This document shows positions 38,301 to 59,452 of a stretch of 64,000 nt of DNA, one piece after another. Origin of the DNA: Botryllus schlosseri (Eukaryota); assembly GCA_051294905.1 (NCBI GenBank), contig CM119382.1:10664001-10728000 (forward strand). Direction: 5' to 3'. The number at the start of each line of letters is the position of its first letter. Within the stretch, counting starts at the first letter, position 1. A program made the translations under genes and the position numbers. Below the pieces are notes generated by a model. That model made no database searches. It saw nothing but the letters and a program-made list of their open reading frames with translations, and was not told where the DNA came from.

Positions 38301-41300
38301 GCCCTGTTCAGATTCTACTACAAACACATATTTTAAGGTTGGGTATTTATGCTTGGTTATTCCGGAGTGGATTTTGTGCCGCAGCCACATGCCTTGGCGA
38401 CACTTCAATATCAATATCTTGTTGAATGTGCCGTGTCGTAACGCCCATAATTAGGTGCTACACTTTGCTGGGTTTGTTGCCGATATTTCCCTTGTGACCC
38501 CTCAAAAAAACCCTAGGACATGGTTTCAGCCGTTAATTGATGAGAATAATTGTACGAAAATGTTTAGGTTGTTGATATTTTGATGTTCTGCACGCAAGGT
38601 TGGTGAATGGTGAGCCCTGCTTTGGCAAGTATTGCAATAGGCTCTCATTATTTCTTTGTCTGTTTTGACTCTTAACCGCATCTGTTTGACTGCTGGGAAT
38701 GTGCCACAGCAATTAAACTCCGATTGACTCCCCATTTAACTATATGATAATGCAACCGTTGATAAAATCGCTTTCTTCAGGAATTTGAGCTCCCATGATA
38801 AGTCCGACTACCGTAGGCGACTGCGAGAATGTGATGACCTCATCGACGCCCTGGTGTATTTTCTCAAAATGAACGTGGAGAAGGATGAAGTAACGAATAA
38901 GGTTGGCATTCCGGTTTTATTTGCCTGTACTCCCAGTAAATTCTGTGTCGTTTATTGGATATGTGTTCTTATGTGGGAGATACGCTATGTGGTCCATGAT
39001 GCAGCCGGTAAAATATTTCTGTAACTTGACATCAAGCTTTTATAACCTGTCATAAACGGTGCGCATCGTTGACATGACTTTTTGCTAATTCTCCGTAAAG
39101 ACTTGATTTGGAATGATTATTGGTTGATAACCTCAGTGTTTTCATTCCAGGCTACGGAGAATTGCGTGTGCATATTGAGGAACCTTACCTTCCAATTGTA
39201 CAACGAAGTGCCGGGTACGGACCAGTATAAGATCGAGGACGAGAAGAAAGAGCCAGAGCCGGCGCCGACGTCTTGTTTCGGAAAGAAGAAATCCGCAGGT
39301 ACCTTGAATTTGTATTATGAGAAAGTCACCGGGACAGATTCAAATACGGGTATTGGAACCTGTGCTGTAAAGCAAATGCCGATCACATCTCGTAATCCTT
39401 AACCAGATGATAGTTTAATTCTCTTTGAATTGTCATCTGTATATCCTATAGATATTTTTCTATCTGACTGATTTTTCTTTATCACGGTCTTGTTTGTGAT
39501 ACCGTCGTATCCCTGTTATTTTCTGTCGCCTGTCAACAATCCCAGGTCGTCAAATTCATTGCTATTGACAGTTCTCCTTACTCCTGTTCGATGTATTTAC
39601 CGCTTTGCGACACCGCAAAAGCCAACAGTGTCTATAAATACTGGTGCCGAGTCCATATATGGATAAATCTTGATGAATGACGTCGGGATTCTATTCCAGT
39701 TTCATGCTCGTACACAAAATCCTTGAAAAACATTGAAATTAGCACCACGCTTCCTGACATGCTAGAAACCCATGTGAATTTGGTATGATCGCAGATTGCA
39801 GAAATGTATTTGTTCTGTCGCGGTCTGGTTAAAAGTATACGGACACACTCAGCTTAGGCCTGTGGATTATGCCGGATTTTGGTACTTACATACAGAGGCG
39901 GTTAGTAACATTCTGCTTCTACTTTTTCAAAGTACTCGAGTCTCAAATCTGTTTTGCCTGCTTGCTCATAAGTGGTTAGGATTTTGAGTTCTTTCACTTC
40001 TGCTCGACATTTTTCAGGTTTCTGGCAATCGCTAAGTGTAGAATACATACTTTTTTTCACTTGGAGATCACAGCTTGTGCTAGTACACTAGTAAAAACTT
40101 ACTTCTACATGAGAATTAGCCAAGACCATTATTAATCCCGTGTATCGAGTACTCGAATACGCAAGCATTCGTTGATTAGTCTATCGGCCTTGTTTTTACG
40201 CGGTTGTCCTTCGCTAGAACGTAGACGTAAAACGACTAATCCTTTCCAGGCAACGAGGGCGACACGATCGACGACATACCTCCGTCGGACCCCAACGCGA
40301 GAGGCCACGAGCTGTTGTGGCAGCCGGACATGATACCGGTCTACCACCACCTGCTCACCCACTGCGGCAACTGCCCGGAGACGTTGGAAGCTTCGGCCGG
40401 CGCCATTCAGAATCTGACCAACGGCAAGTGGCAGGTACGTGTCAGCGGAGATAGTAAAAGTGGCCGGCGTTGCCATTCGAGCAGGAGTGAAAGTTATCAT
40501 GGGCATTTCTTGATTGCGAGTAGGAGTAATGATTTCCAATATCTGTGAGTGCTACTTTAAGGGCAAGTAAGAAGGGAATTGTCTGAGGAAGTCACCGTCA
40601 GTACTTTCTAGAAGTAGATTTGGTGGAGGTTTTGCTTACTTTTTGCAGTCACTCGAAGGTGGCTACTTTTGAAATCGATGACGCTACAAATGGGTGCATT
40701 GTTCTAATATAGACTTGGACACCATGGTACCGTTTTGCCCAGTTGATCTTACGATTTCACCCGTAAAGGTGACGCAATACCCCGAAGCTAAGTCTAATAA
40801 AGTAACTAGTTTTCCTAAAACCTACTTGAGCACTTGAAAAAAGTAGAAGTAATTTCTTGCTGCCAACTCCGTATAGATTGCAAAGCACACGTCGCTGATG
40901 ATGTGTACAAAGTTGTACTCAGTGAAGTGGACGTCCCAGTGTTTGGGACTCGTTCGTGATAGCAGTGCTGGATAGCAACCGAAGCGACACGTAGCGTACT
41001 TTGTTACCGACCAGTTCTGCGTGTCGGTTGTTTTTTGCCGGGACGGAATATGCGGGTCTCGTTTACAGTGGGCGCTGTACGCCAGAGCTTGCACCCGCAA
41101 GGCGAAGGTGCTGCCCATCCTTGTGGATCGGCTACGCACCGACAACGATCGCGTTATTCGTTCCGTGTCCTTGGCGTTGATGAATCTGTCGCTGGATCCG
41201 AAGAACAAGGATTTGATCGGTAATGGGAGCTTTCTACTGGTCGTGTGCGATTGCGTTGTGTTGAATAGTCGACATTTGTTACGTGTCATAACCCGAGTAG

Positions 41301-44222
41301 ACTATCGATTGTAATGATGAGAGTTGAGAATGCGGGTAGATTTTTTAGAGATAATTCATCAGTGAAAATACATTTTCGGCACTTTGTTCGTTCGTTGGAA
41401 TTGCGAATGCTGTGTTGGCCGTTTTCCACCGTCGTGAGACGTGTTGTACAAGGCTACATATGCTCATGGTTACGTGGTTACTTGGTGACAAATTACGACA
41501 AATTAGTTGTGTCCCAGAAATAGGAAATTATTTTGGATGACATGCAACCGGCATCATTTTCCTCAAACTTTCAAGGTCATGATTACTGAGCTATGACGTG
41601 GCAATAGGTGGTACTGGGAGCTTGCGGGACTCGGCTACTCCTGGTAGTGAAAAATCAGTCATATACAATCTTTTTGCAATTTGGATCCAAAGTGTCCCGA
41701 CGTCGGTAAAATTTGGTTGAGAATGGCCGACAATTTTTTGACTTCTATCGTGTTTCTGTGATTTTTGAAACAAAATTGGCAAAAATTGTTGAACAGAATT
41801 TTTCAGTCAATTCGAATCGCCCAGTCCTAGTCATAGTGAACAGCTCTATTAGTTTCATCTGCTCTGAGCGTACGGGGAGCAATTTATGTAGTCTGTACAA
41901 ACTTGGGTCGGTCCTCTTCAAGTTTTCAAGTAGATTTCAAGTTACAATTCTTCAACGCATCCATTTTTGTACTCTGATTTTAATTTGTTTTTGCAAATAA
42001 ACTCGCCCTTTCTCCTTACCTACTATTAACATATACGCTTGGCAGCCTGTGCAAACAATTTGGATCGGCACGCCACTATAGTTTGTAATTCTCTTTTGAC
42101 CCATCGGGAATATATATAACAGTGGAAAGTGTCATGAAGATTTATGGCCATCTCATTCTTTGAACAATCATTTTTTTTTCAGGCAAATATGCGATGCGCG
42201 ACCTCGTGTACAAGCTACCGGGCAGCACCGAGTCCCAGATCACGCTTTCCGACTTGACCTACATCGCGATACTGAACACGGTCCGGACCGTCGTCGATCG
42301 CAGCCCCGTCAACGCGCGACAGTTCCGCGAGGTGGGCGGCATCGAACGGGTGACCACGGTCAATAATTCCAAGTAAGCGAGAGCTTTCGATTTTGACTGC
42401 TAGAGGTTACATTGATAATTTTCTTGGTCGTATGTTATTATGCCAAAGGTGGTCAAAGTAAGCGTCAATGGTGCTCGAGCATACGTAGAAACAACGTAGC
42501 TTAAAAATGAAGTATTCTAGGCCTAGTTTCACCTACAAACTGAAAACTTAAAGTCTAAAATCATAAAGCGAAGACCTACTTGAATATTTGGGTACTGGCT
42601 GCCTCTGTAGTATGCTACTTATGATTTGATATGTCCCGACTCTGATCCGAGTCGAGCGTTTTCCAGAATGTATGGGATAGCAAAGGCGTATAGCGACGCT
42701 TTCAGTACTAGTGCTAAGAAATGTGTGTTTGCAGAAGACCTGATTGTTTTTTTTTCTTTGAGAACAAATTGGATTTTCAGTCCAGTTGCTTTTTCCTCCG
42801 TGTGGTTGATAAAATACTCATTCCGTTACAGTCTGACTTCGAAAGAATATAGCTCGTAGTTGTGATCGAACTGTGGCGTTTCCGTAATAAAAATAATTAC
42901 GAGGGGATGGAATTAGTAACCTACATCAGCCTGAATCCGTTTCTTTCCTTCAGGGACTCTGGCAAGTACCACTCTCGCGTGGTGAAGGCGGCCGGTCAAG
43001 TATTGAAAGTGCTCTGGGACCTCAAAGAGCTGCATTCGCTCTACAAGAAAGACGGCTGGAATAAAACTCACTTCACGCCCACCGTCACCTATCAGACTCT
43101 GCCGAGAACGTGAGTTTCGGTTTCGGGTGGCTGTCGCGCTTTTTCTGATCTTTTGTGCGCGTTTGCGCCCTTGTTGTATGCAGCCAAAAGGCGTTGAATA
43201 ACAGACCCTACGACGACGCGGTCGAGAGCGGGACCTATCCGAGAAAGAGCAAGGCGAACAAGGAGGAATATCAAATGGACGAGGTGGGTCATCGTGTTTC
43301 TGCGCCTGATCGCGGAGAACTATTTAGCATGCATGTTTCGAAATCACGCAAATTTCTTCGTTGCTCCACTCGTAAAGTCGAGTCGAGCGTTTCAGTATCA
43401 CTTTTTATGATGTCATAACAGTATTGATGATTTGGAAAGTTGAAATATGACCATTTTTCTTAGGGTTACCATACATCCTCTTTTTGATAGGATTTGTCCT
43501 CATTTTTCAATAAATTAAAAATAATTGAAACATTTTCTAGAAAAAGTATTAAAATGCGATCAAAAACTCTGCATTCCAATAAAAATACGGTGCGGTGGGT
43601 AACTCGGGAGTCTAGTCAGGGTGATGACCTTTTTATCACAATTTTTTTAGTCAACACCGCACATTACCGTAAGCGGGTAATGCGGGAGTCGAGTCATAGT
43701 GAAAGACCCTGGGTCAGTGGTTCTCAAACTTTTTTAGACGCGCCACCCTTCGTGATAATAAAAATAAAGCTACCCCCCTTATCATCATATCACAAAATGC
43801 TACCGGAATGCTACCAATCCCAACGGGTAGTTTGATGACACGGACTGTTGATGAGAGAATTCTAAAATATGAAATTCGGGCTGTACACAGATCAACAACT
43901 GTGAATTGGAGGTAAATCGCGCAGAGCGTGAAAATAATTTTCAGTTGACCGTAGCTATGCGTCCCCCTTCAGATGCTTTCACGCTCTAGGTTGATCTCTA
44001 CTTGATATAGGTGTCGTTTCCACTATATTACGTAGTATGGTGATGCATGTTTTCGATACTGTGATACGGCCGATCGAGATTTCTGAACTCTCAACGTTGG
44101 GGAGAAAGTATCGTTGGATGTTGGCGAAATCCGCTTATCTTCAATCCGATTTTTTTGATCGCGTCCAGGTTGAAAAAGATTCTGGCGACTACAAGCAAGG
44201 GCCCGCCGACTCGTGGGTGTGA
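32331..44222 (+). CDS. CTNND1: p120/delta-catenin subfamily armadillo protein (probable pro-ortholog of CTNND1/ARVCF/CTNND2/PKP4)
   Basis: Exons 32331-32624, 34627-34785, 34855-34946, 35440-35505, 35568-35714, 36408-36521, 36587-36706, 36898-37052, 37132-37332, 37390-37567, 38781-38901, 39151-39298, 40250-40434, 41069-41219, 42183-42372, 42954-43109, 43184-43283, 44169-44222, all in phase. N-terminal coiled coil SILASVREQEAQFEKLT, HPEEYGL-DD, ARM repeats (WRRPELKEVI, NAAGYLQHLCY, ACGALRNLSFG, GTLWNLS, ENCVCILRNL, ETLEASAGAIQNLT, LDPKNKDLIGKYAMRDLV) and C-terminal PDZ ligand DSWV. The symbol is family-level only. Confidence 0.93.
42444..42607. mobile_element. Short AGTA/TACT-rich hAT-like MITE, representative of an old dispersed family
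   Basis: Degenerate TIR CAAAGGTGGTCA / GGCTGCCTCTG, TSD TATTATGC / TAGTATGC (7/8). Related AGTAGAAGTAG or TACTGACCA fragments lie near 12750-12880, 13630-13725, 21570-21925, 24361-24480, 40600-40680, 52765-52978 and 58020-58460. Confidence 0.6.
43461..43990. mobile_element. Cluster of three adjacent MITE fragments in the last catenin intron
   Basis: A TAGGGTTACCATA-type end at 43461, a CAGGGT...ACCCTG mini element at about 43617-43711 with an internal palindrome, and a CAGTGGTTCTCAAAC element from 43715 that is the inverted relative of 54371-54680. Confidence 0.6.
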
Positions 44223-46379
44223 ACAACGTTAACAGCGGTACCGTTATTATCAATCCTTCTAACACTAACGGATTGCATTCGTTTGGTTCGAGTTCTTCAG
44301 AGACGCTTCCTCCGACGGGGAAGAAAAAAACTTTTTAGATATCGCCAAGAACCAATATCTTTCCAGTCGGGTTTGCTCTCGCGGAAACTTCGATATATAA
44401 GTGTTAATCTGAACATTGTGCTCGATCGGACAGCACGGGCACGCTTTTCGCGCGTAGATCTGTTTCATATAATGATAAATAGTACAAATGAAATTGTGAA
44501 CGGCAATCCTTTTTTTGTTTTTCTGCTGATTCTGTGCCTTTTGCTGTTGTGTGATTGTGACCAACGCTTGGAACTCAACCGACACTTTTTTTATCGTTAT
44601 AATTGATGTTAGCCGGATCGTGTTTTTGTATTGTGCTGAACTTATCAGCCATTAGAAACCTATTGAGACGGGTTGTGTTTCTGAATTTTTGTACTTTGAA
44701 CATAGGTTGGAAGGAATTAAGGTGCTTCATATATTATTCTGTATCGTAGTCTCCGGTACCTGACATCTCAAGTTTTCGGTACATTCATATATCTAGGCTC
44801 AATCTGCACGCTATGTCGTAAGTGGTACATATATTACGGTACTGGACCAACTGTCGGCACTGGTTATTTTTGCGGTGCTGTTTCTACTGCCTCTGTACGA
44901 TTGTGTTTACGTAGCATTGTAAATTGTGTACTATTACGTTTAATTTGTCGTAGGCACGATATTAATAATTTCCCTTTTCACTAGTAGATGTTTGATTCTC
45001 TTTAACATATCGCTGTACGTTTGTTGGAAAATTTCTTCCGATATTTAATTGCTTCGAGCTACTGTATATAAGCTGTCCTAGCAAGTGTCGATGGCCTGGG
45101 AGTTTCTGTAACTTAGAGCTGATTTTTGCGCATTGTGATGTGTACGGTCTGATTGCAAGGATATATTTTACCAAATAAATCGTGGCGAATACCGACTTGC
45201 TTGTGTTCATGGAGAAATTACGGCAGGAAGGACAACGTCTGCGTTGCAGTGGCAGTTATCCCAAGCTGGTTGTGTGTTTCAGTTGGACTTATGGTTTGAT
45301 GTTGGGAAGGTAATGCTCGAGGCGTTGCGAAATGCCTGAAGTCGGGCAATGCGCAATAACTTTAGATGCCGATGGCTAGTAGAGATTGTGCTAACCAGAA
45401 GACAGCTTGAGGTGATTAGGGCACGGAAGGTGTGCGTCCAACAATTCGATTCTTGAAAAAAAAAATGGATTTGATGATTAAAGACATAGAAAGTTGGGAA
45501 TTTCCAGGTTCAGGTATGGGTTCAATTGTACGATCTCGTCCTACCGGATTTGACTGAATCCTCATATAATACGCATAAGTACTATGCACGTGCGGCTCCT
45601 TCGTCGAATTGCCAGAAAACAGGAGCGAACTATAGTGTCGATAATAAATAATCAAGGTAGAGGGCCCGACGTGTGAAAACAGGTATCAGTATGTCCTCGA
45701 GTATGACCAATGATCCCTTCGAGTCTAAAATTGAATTATAGTATTCATCGGTTCTCTTATATTCCTCGACTGCGATGTAGTGAACAGAACAGATAGCAAG
45801 ATGCAGGAACGACCAAAAGTACGGCCTATCATGTTGGTAGGCAAAAGATGTTTGATTTCATCAAGTTATTTCAGCCTTGTCTTTTAACTGTATTGTAATA
45901 TTGAGTTATATTCAATTATTCATATGCATATTTTAGGCAGTCGCGTCGACTCTATTCCTACTGTTTTGACGTGTTTCAGTGATTCGAACTGATCAATTGG
46001 TAATGACTATGATGACAGCTGTGGCATTATTCAAAAACTGCCTCAAGATGATTTCAAAATCGAATATTTTGATTATCTTTTTTTCGAAGTAGGCCTCTAC
46101 AGTTACAGTTAAGTAGAGTGCGAAGTGAATGCTGACCATTTGTGTCTGAAGTTCCATATAGTATCGCTCTCGTTACTGATTCCACCATGGTATTGGTGTA
46201 GCTGTCGTGTTGCATCGACTGGTGATTTGTTATTATTTATACATATTTTGTTCTGTGTTTCTGTTTCCTATCGTTGCAGACTGTCAGCAGTTGAATTGTT
46301 AAAATGAATACTCTGTGTTGGTATTACTTGGGCACCCTTCTATCTTTTCAGTATATCGCGATCTTGTGATGTTTTCATT

Positions 46380-46728
46380 CGAGTCGAAATACAAGCAATT
46401 TCGACTGAATCAACACTAGTTAGCCCTGTTTACCTACAGGGTTGGTGCGACGACATATCGATCTCGCCTTCCTTGTTCCGACACATGCCACCCTTTTTGT
46501 CACCCGTGCATTTATATAATCTGCTTTTCATTCAGTGTTCAATGCCGTGCAGTGTGTAGTGCACTGTGCATGTCTCCTTTTTTACATCGCCAAGGTCAGT
46601 TGGGTGTCTGATTTCGAAGACTACTCCAAGTCGTGTCGACACCTTCCTATCTTCATCATTGTATTTCATTGTATCGCAGCCTTGTGGTGTATTGGAATGA
46701 TGAAGAAATTTCACAATAAACAATAAAC
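46380..46728 (+). mobile_element. SINE-like repeat, family A, copy 2
   Basis: Begins GAGTCGAAATACAAGCAATTT, contains TCGACACCTTCCTATCTT and ends AATAAACAATAAAC. Confidence 0.75.
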
Positions 46729-47012
46729 TGCTCGTAACTTGTCGGTGTGAATATCCCTGGTCCGTGAACTTCACAACTTGGTTCTAATTAATCAATTCTT
46801 ATCCACCAAAGTCACTCATAGATGTGTGACTTTGTTATCCACATTCATGTCACGTGACTCGCATGTGTTTTGTTATTGTTGCTTTCCAGCAAGACAGAGT
46901 CGGCGTTCGTCCAGCATTGATTCCGGTTTCTTACTTCGCCGATGTAAAATCACTATCATACTACTATTCGCTTAGCACAATCCCATTTGTGATCGATGTA
47001 GTTCAAGAAACC

Positions 47013-57279
<10,267 letters not shown>

Positions 57280-57494
57280 ATCGTTCTTGCTTGGTGCTGT
57301 TGTGTGATGAAGGGACGGAGACAGACGATCCACTGGTGGCGGATTTTGCGCAATCGATTTCTGTTTCTTCACCATTGGGCCAGCAATCGTATGCCTCTGG
57401 GTGCGTTTATCGTTCCGATAAGCTGCTGTTTCTTGACCATGCTTTATTGCAAACCCATTCTCGAAATCCGCAGTTCCCTGTATTCTATATTAAT

Positions 57495-57830
57495 TAGGGT
57501 TACCATACGTCCTCTTCCAAGAAGATTCGTCCTCTTTTTTGAAGGTTTCCTCAAAGGACGCCCAAATGTCCTATTATTTGAGAATTTGCCCTCTTTTAAA
57601 GTTTTGGTTGGATTTATGTTAAAATGCGACTGAGATCATGGAAATCAGTTCTCAAGTAACGTTCCGGCGGGTATTTCTGGAGTTGAGCCGGAAAGCTGAC
57701 TTTTTTTTAAATCAGTTAACGGAGAATTCGCTACAAATTCACCAAATTTTGCGGATTTTCCACCGATATTGTAAGTTTGAAAATTTTGAAAAAGTGTCCT
57801 CTTTTCAGATTCCCAAAATATGGCAACCCT
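57495..57830. mobile_element. hAT/Tip100-like MITE downstream of NVL
   Basis: Ends (T)AGGGTTACCATA / TATGGCAACCCT in an ATTAAT context. Similar left ends lie at 43461 and about 61695. Confidence 0.7.
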
Positions 57831-58089
57831 TAATTAATGAGAATTATTATTATTATATTCGAGTTGATTATTTAGTGTCTTTTCGACATTGTTGCTTGCT
57901 TTTGGGTAAATTCATTGTAACTATTTACACGAACGTCAATCGATAGACAATTTACCTAGTGCGAGTGATCCAATCATTGGGATATCCCTTTCCAAACGGT
58001 GTTCTACTTTATAAACTCGTCAAAAAAAACTAGATATTGAAGTAGTCTGATTCTAAAACACAACTTGAATAATGAGAACAAGTAGGCAA

Positions 58090-58403
58090 GAGTCGAAATA
58101 CAAGCAATTTCTTCTAAATGAATACTAGCCACTCTTCAGGATTACCGGACCACGACCTAACATCGACCTCGCCCTCCGCCACATGACACCTCATTTTATC
58201 GCTTGCGTCTTATATTCTCAGCATTACTTTTCATCCAGTGTGCAACTGTGCATGCCTTCGCCTAGGCTAAGGTGGGTGTCTGATCTTAAAGGCGCACTCC
58301 AAGTTGTTTCGACACCTTCCTATCTTTTCATTGTATCGCAGTATTGTGATGTTTTGAAACGATGAAAATATTAATAAACCTGATTGATTCATTGATTGAT
58401 TGA
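58090..58403 (+). mobile_element. SINE-like repeat, family A, copy 3
   Basis: GAGTCGAAATACAAGC head, AATAAACC followed by a (TTGA)n tail. Highly similar to 63010-63290. Confidence 0.8.
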
Positions 58404-59452
58404 GCTACTTGAGTTTTACGAAAAAGTAGAAGTAGCCTACTTCGTTAGGCCTACTGACCATGGAGTAGCCTACCTACCTATGCCAATTATCAAGGATACG
58501 TTTCTATAGTCTATTAACTAAGACTGCATAGTTGAAATGGATTATTGAGCACCGAACGGCACCAATGTGTTCTGGTACAGACTTCACCTACATGTCAGAA
58601 GTTTGTCTAAGCCTCGTCGCTGTCTTCTCTGCAACTGCAATTTCTTGACGATTCCGGGGTCAGACAATAGTGAGCCAGCGTTACAAAGGTAGCGATCAAG
58701 ATCCAAAAAAACTCTAAGCACCGCCATGTTGCGTGACATCAGCGTGTACTCTACTCACGCTGGTGACTGACATGTAGCCTAATTTAAAACGAAAAATATG
58801 AACTACACATATTGGCCCAACCAGGCTACTCTGGACGATATTCGGGTTTTTAACAAATATATTTACTGGGAAACTATCCAATAAAGACGAATCAGAAACT
58901 AAAATACGGTAAAGTATAGCGAATTGAGAAAACCTCTGTATGCCGACACGCGCCAGGAAGTGCATGGATATTTCTCCTATACTCGGTACATCAATGCGAT
59001 CTCTATTAGTCAGAAAACTTCGCAATTTCAAATAAGTTCCGCAGCTCTCAGGCTGATCTACTGATACTTGACCTGTGAACACCAATAATCCGTTTCGATT
59101 GATTCCTGGTCACTTGTTGACGAATCTATAAGGTGCATTGTTTTGAAAAATATGTTACGTGCAGGTCATGCACGCGCCATGGCGCATCCTGTGCCCCAAA
59201 AGAATTGTCAATGAACAGCATTTTGGAGTCTAAATTTCTATATGATTGTTCCGTAGCATTGATCTTTTGACAGATATCATAATTCCCGGAAAGATCTTTC
59301 TTTCGGACATTATACATAGCCTACTGACACAGCTATTTTCGTTATCCCCGATTGACTGTTCACATAATGTCACTCCGTCGCATCATTCTGGGACTGTTCT
59401 TTCTCTTGCTGTGACATAGGACGCTAGACTGTTCGTCCATCAACCTCGAACA

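Noticed and set aside
58588-58727. Minus-strand CAACATGGCGG start context and a possible first exon
   Set aside because: The ATG frame is unrecognisable. A signal-peptide-like alternative frame needs a frameshift and stops after about 40 codons. No convincing downstream exons were found.
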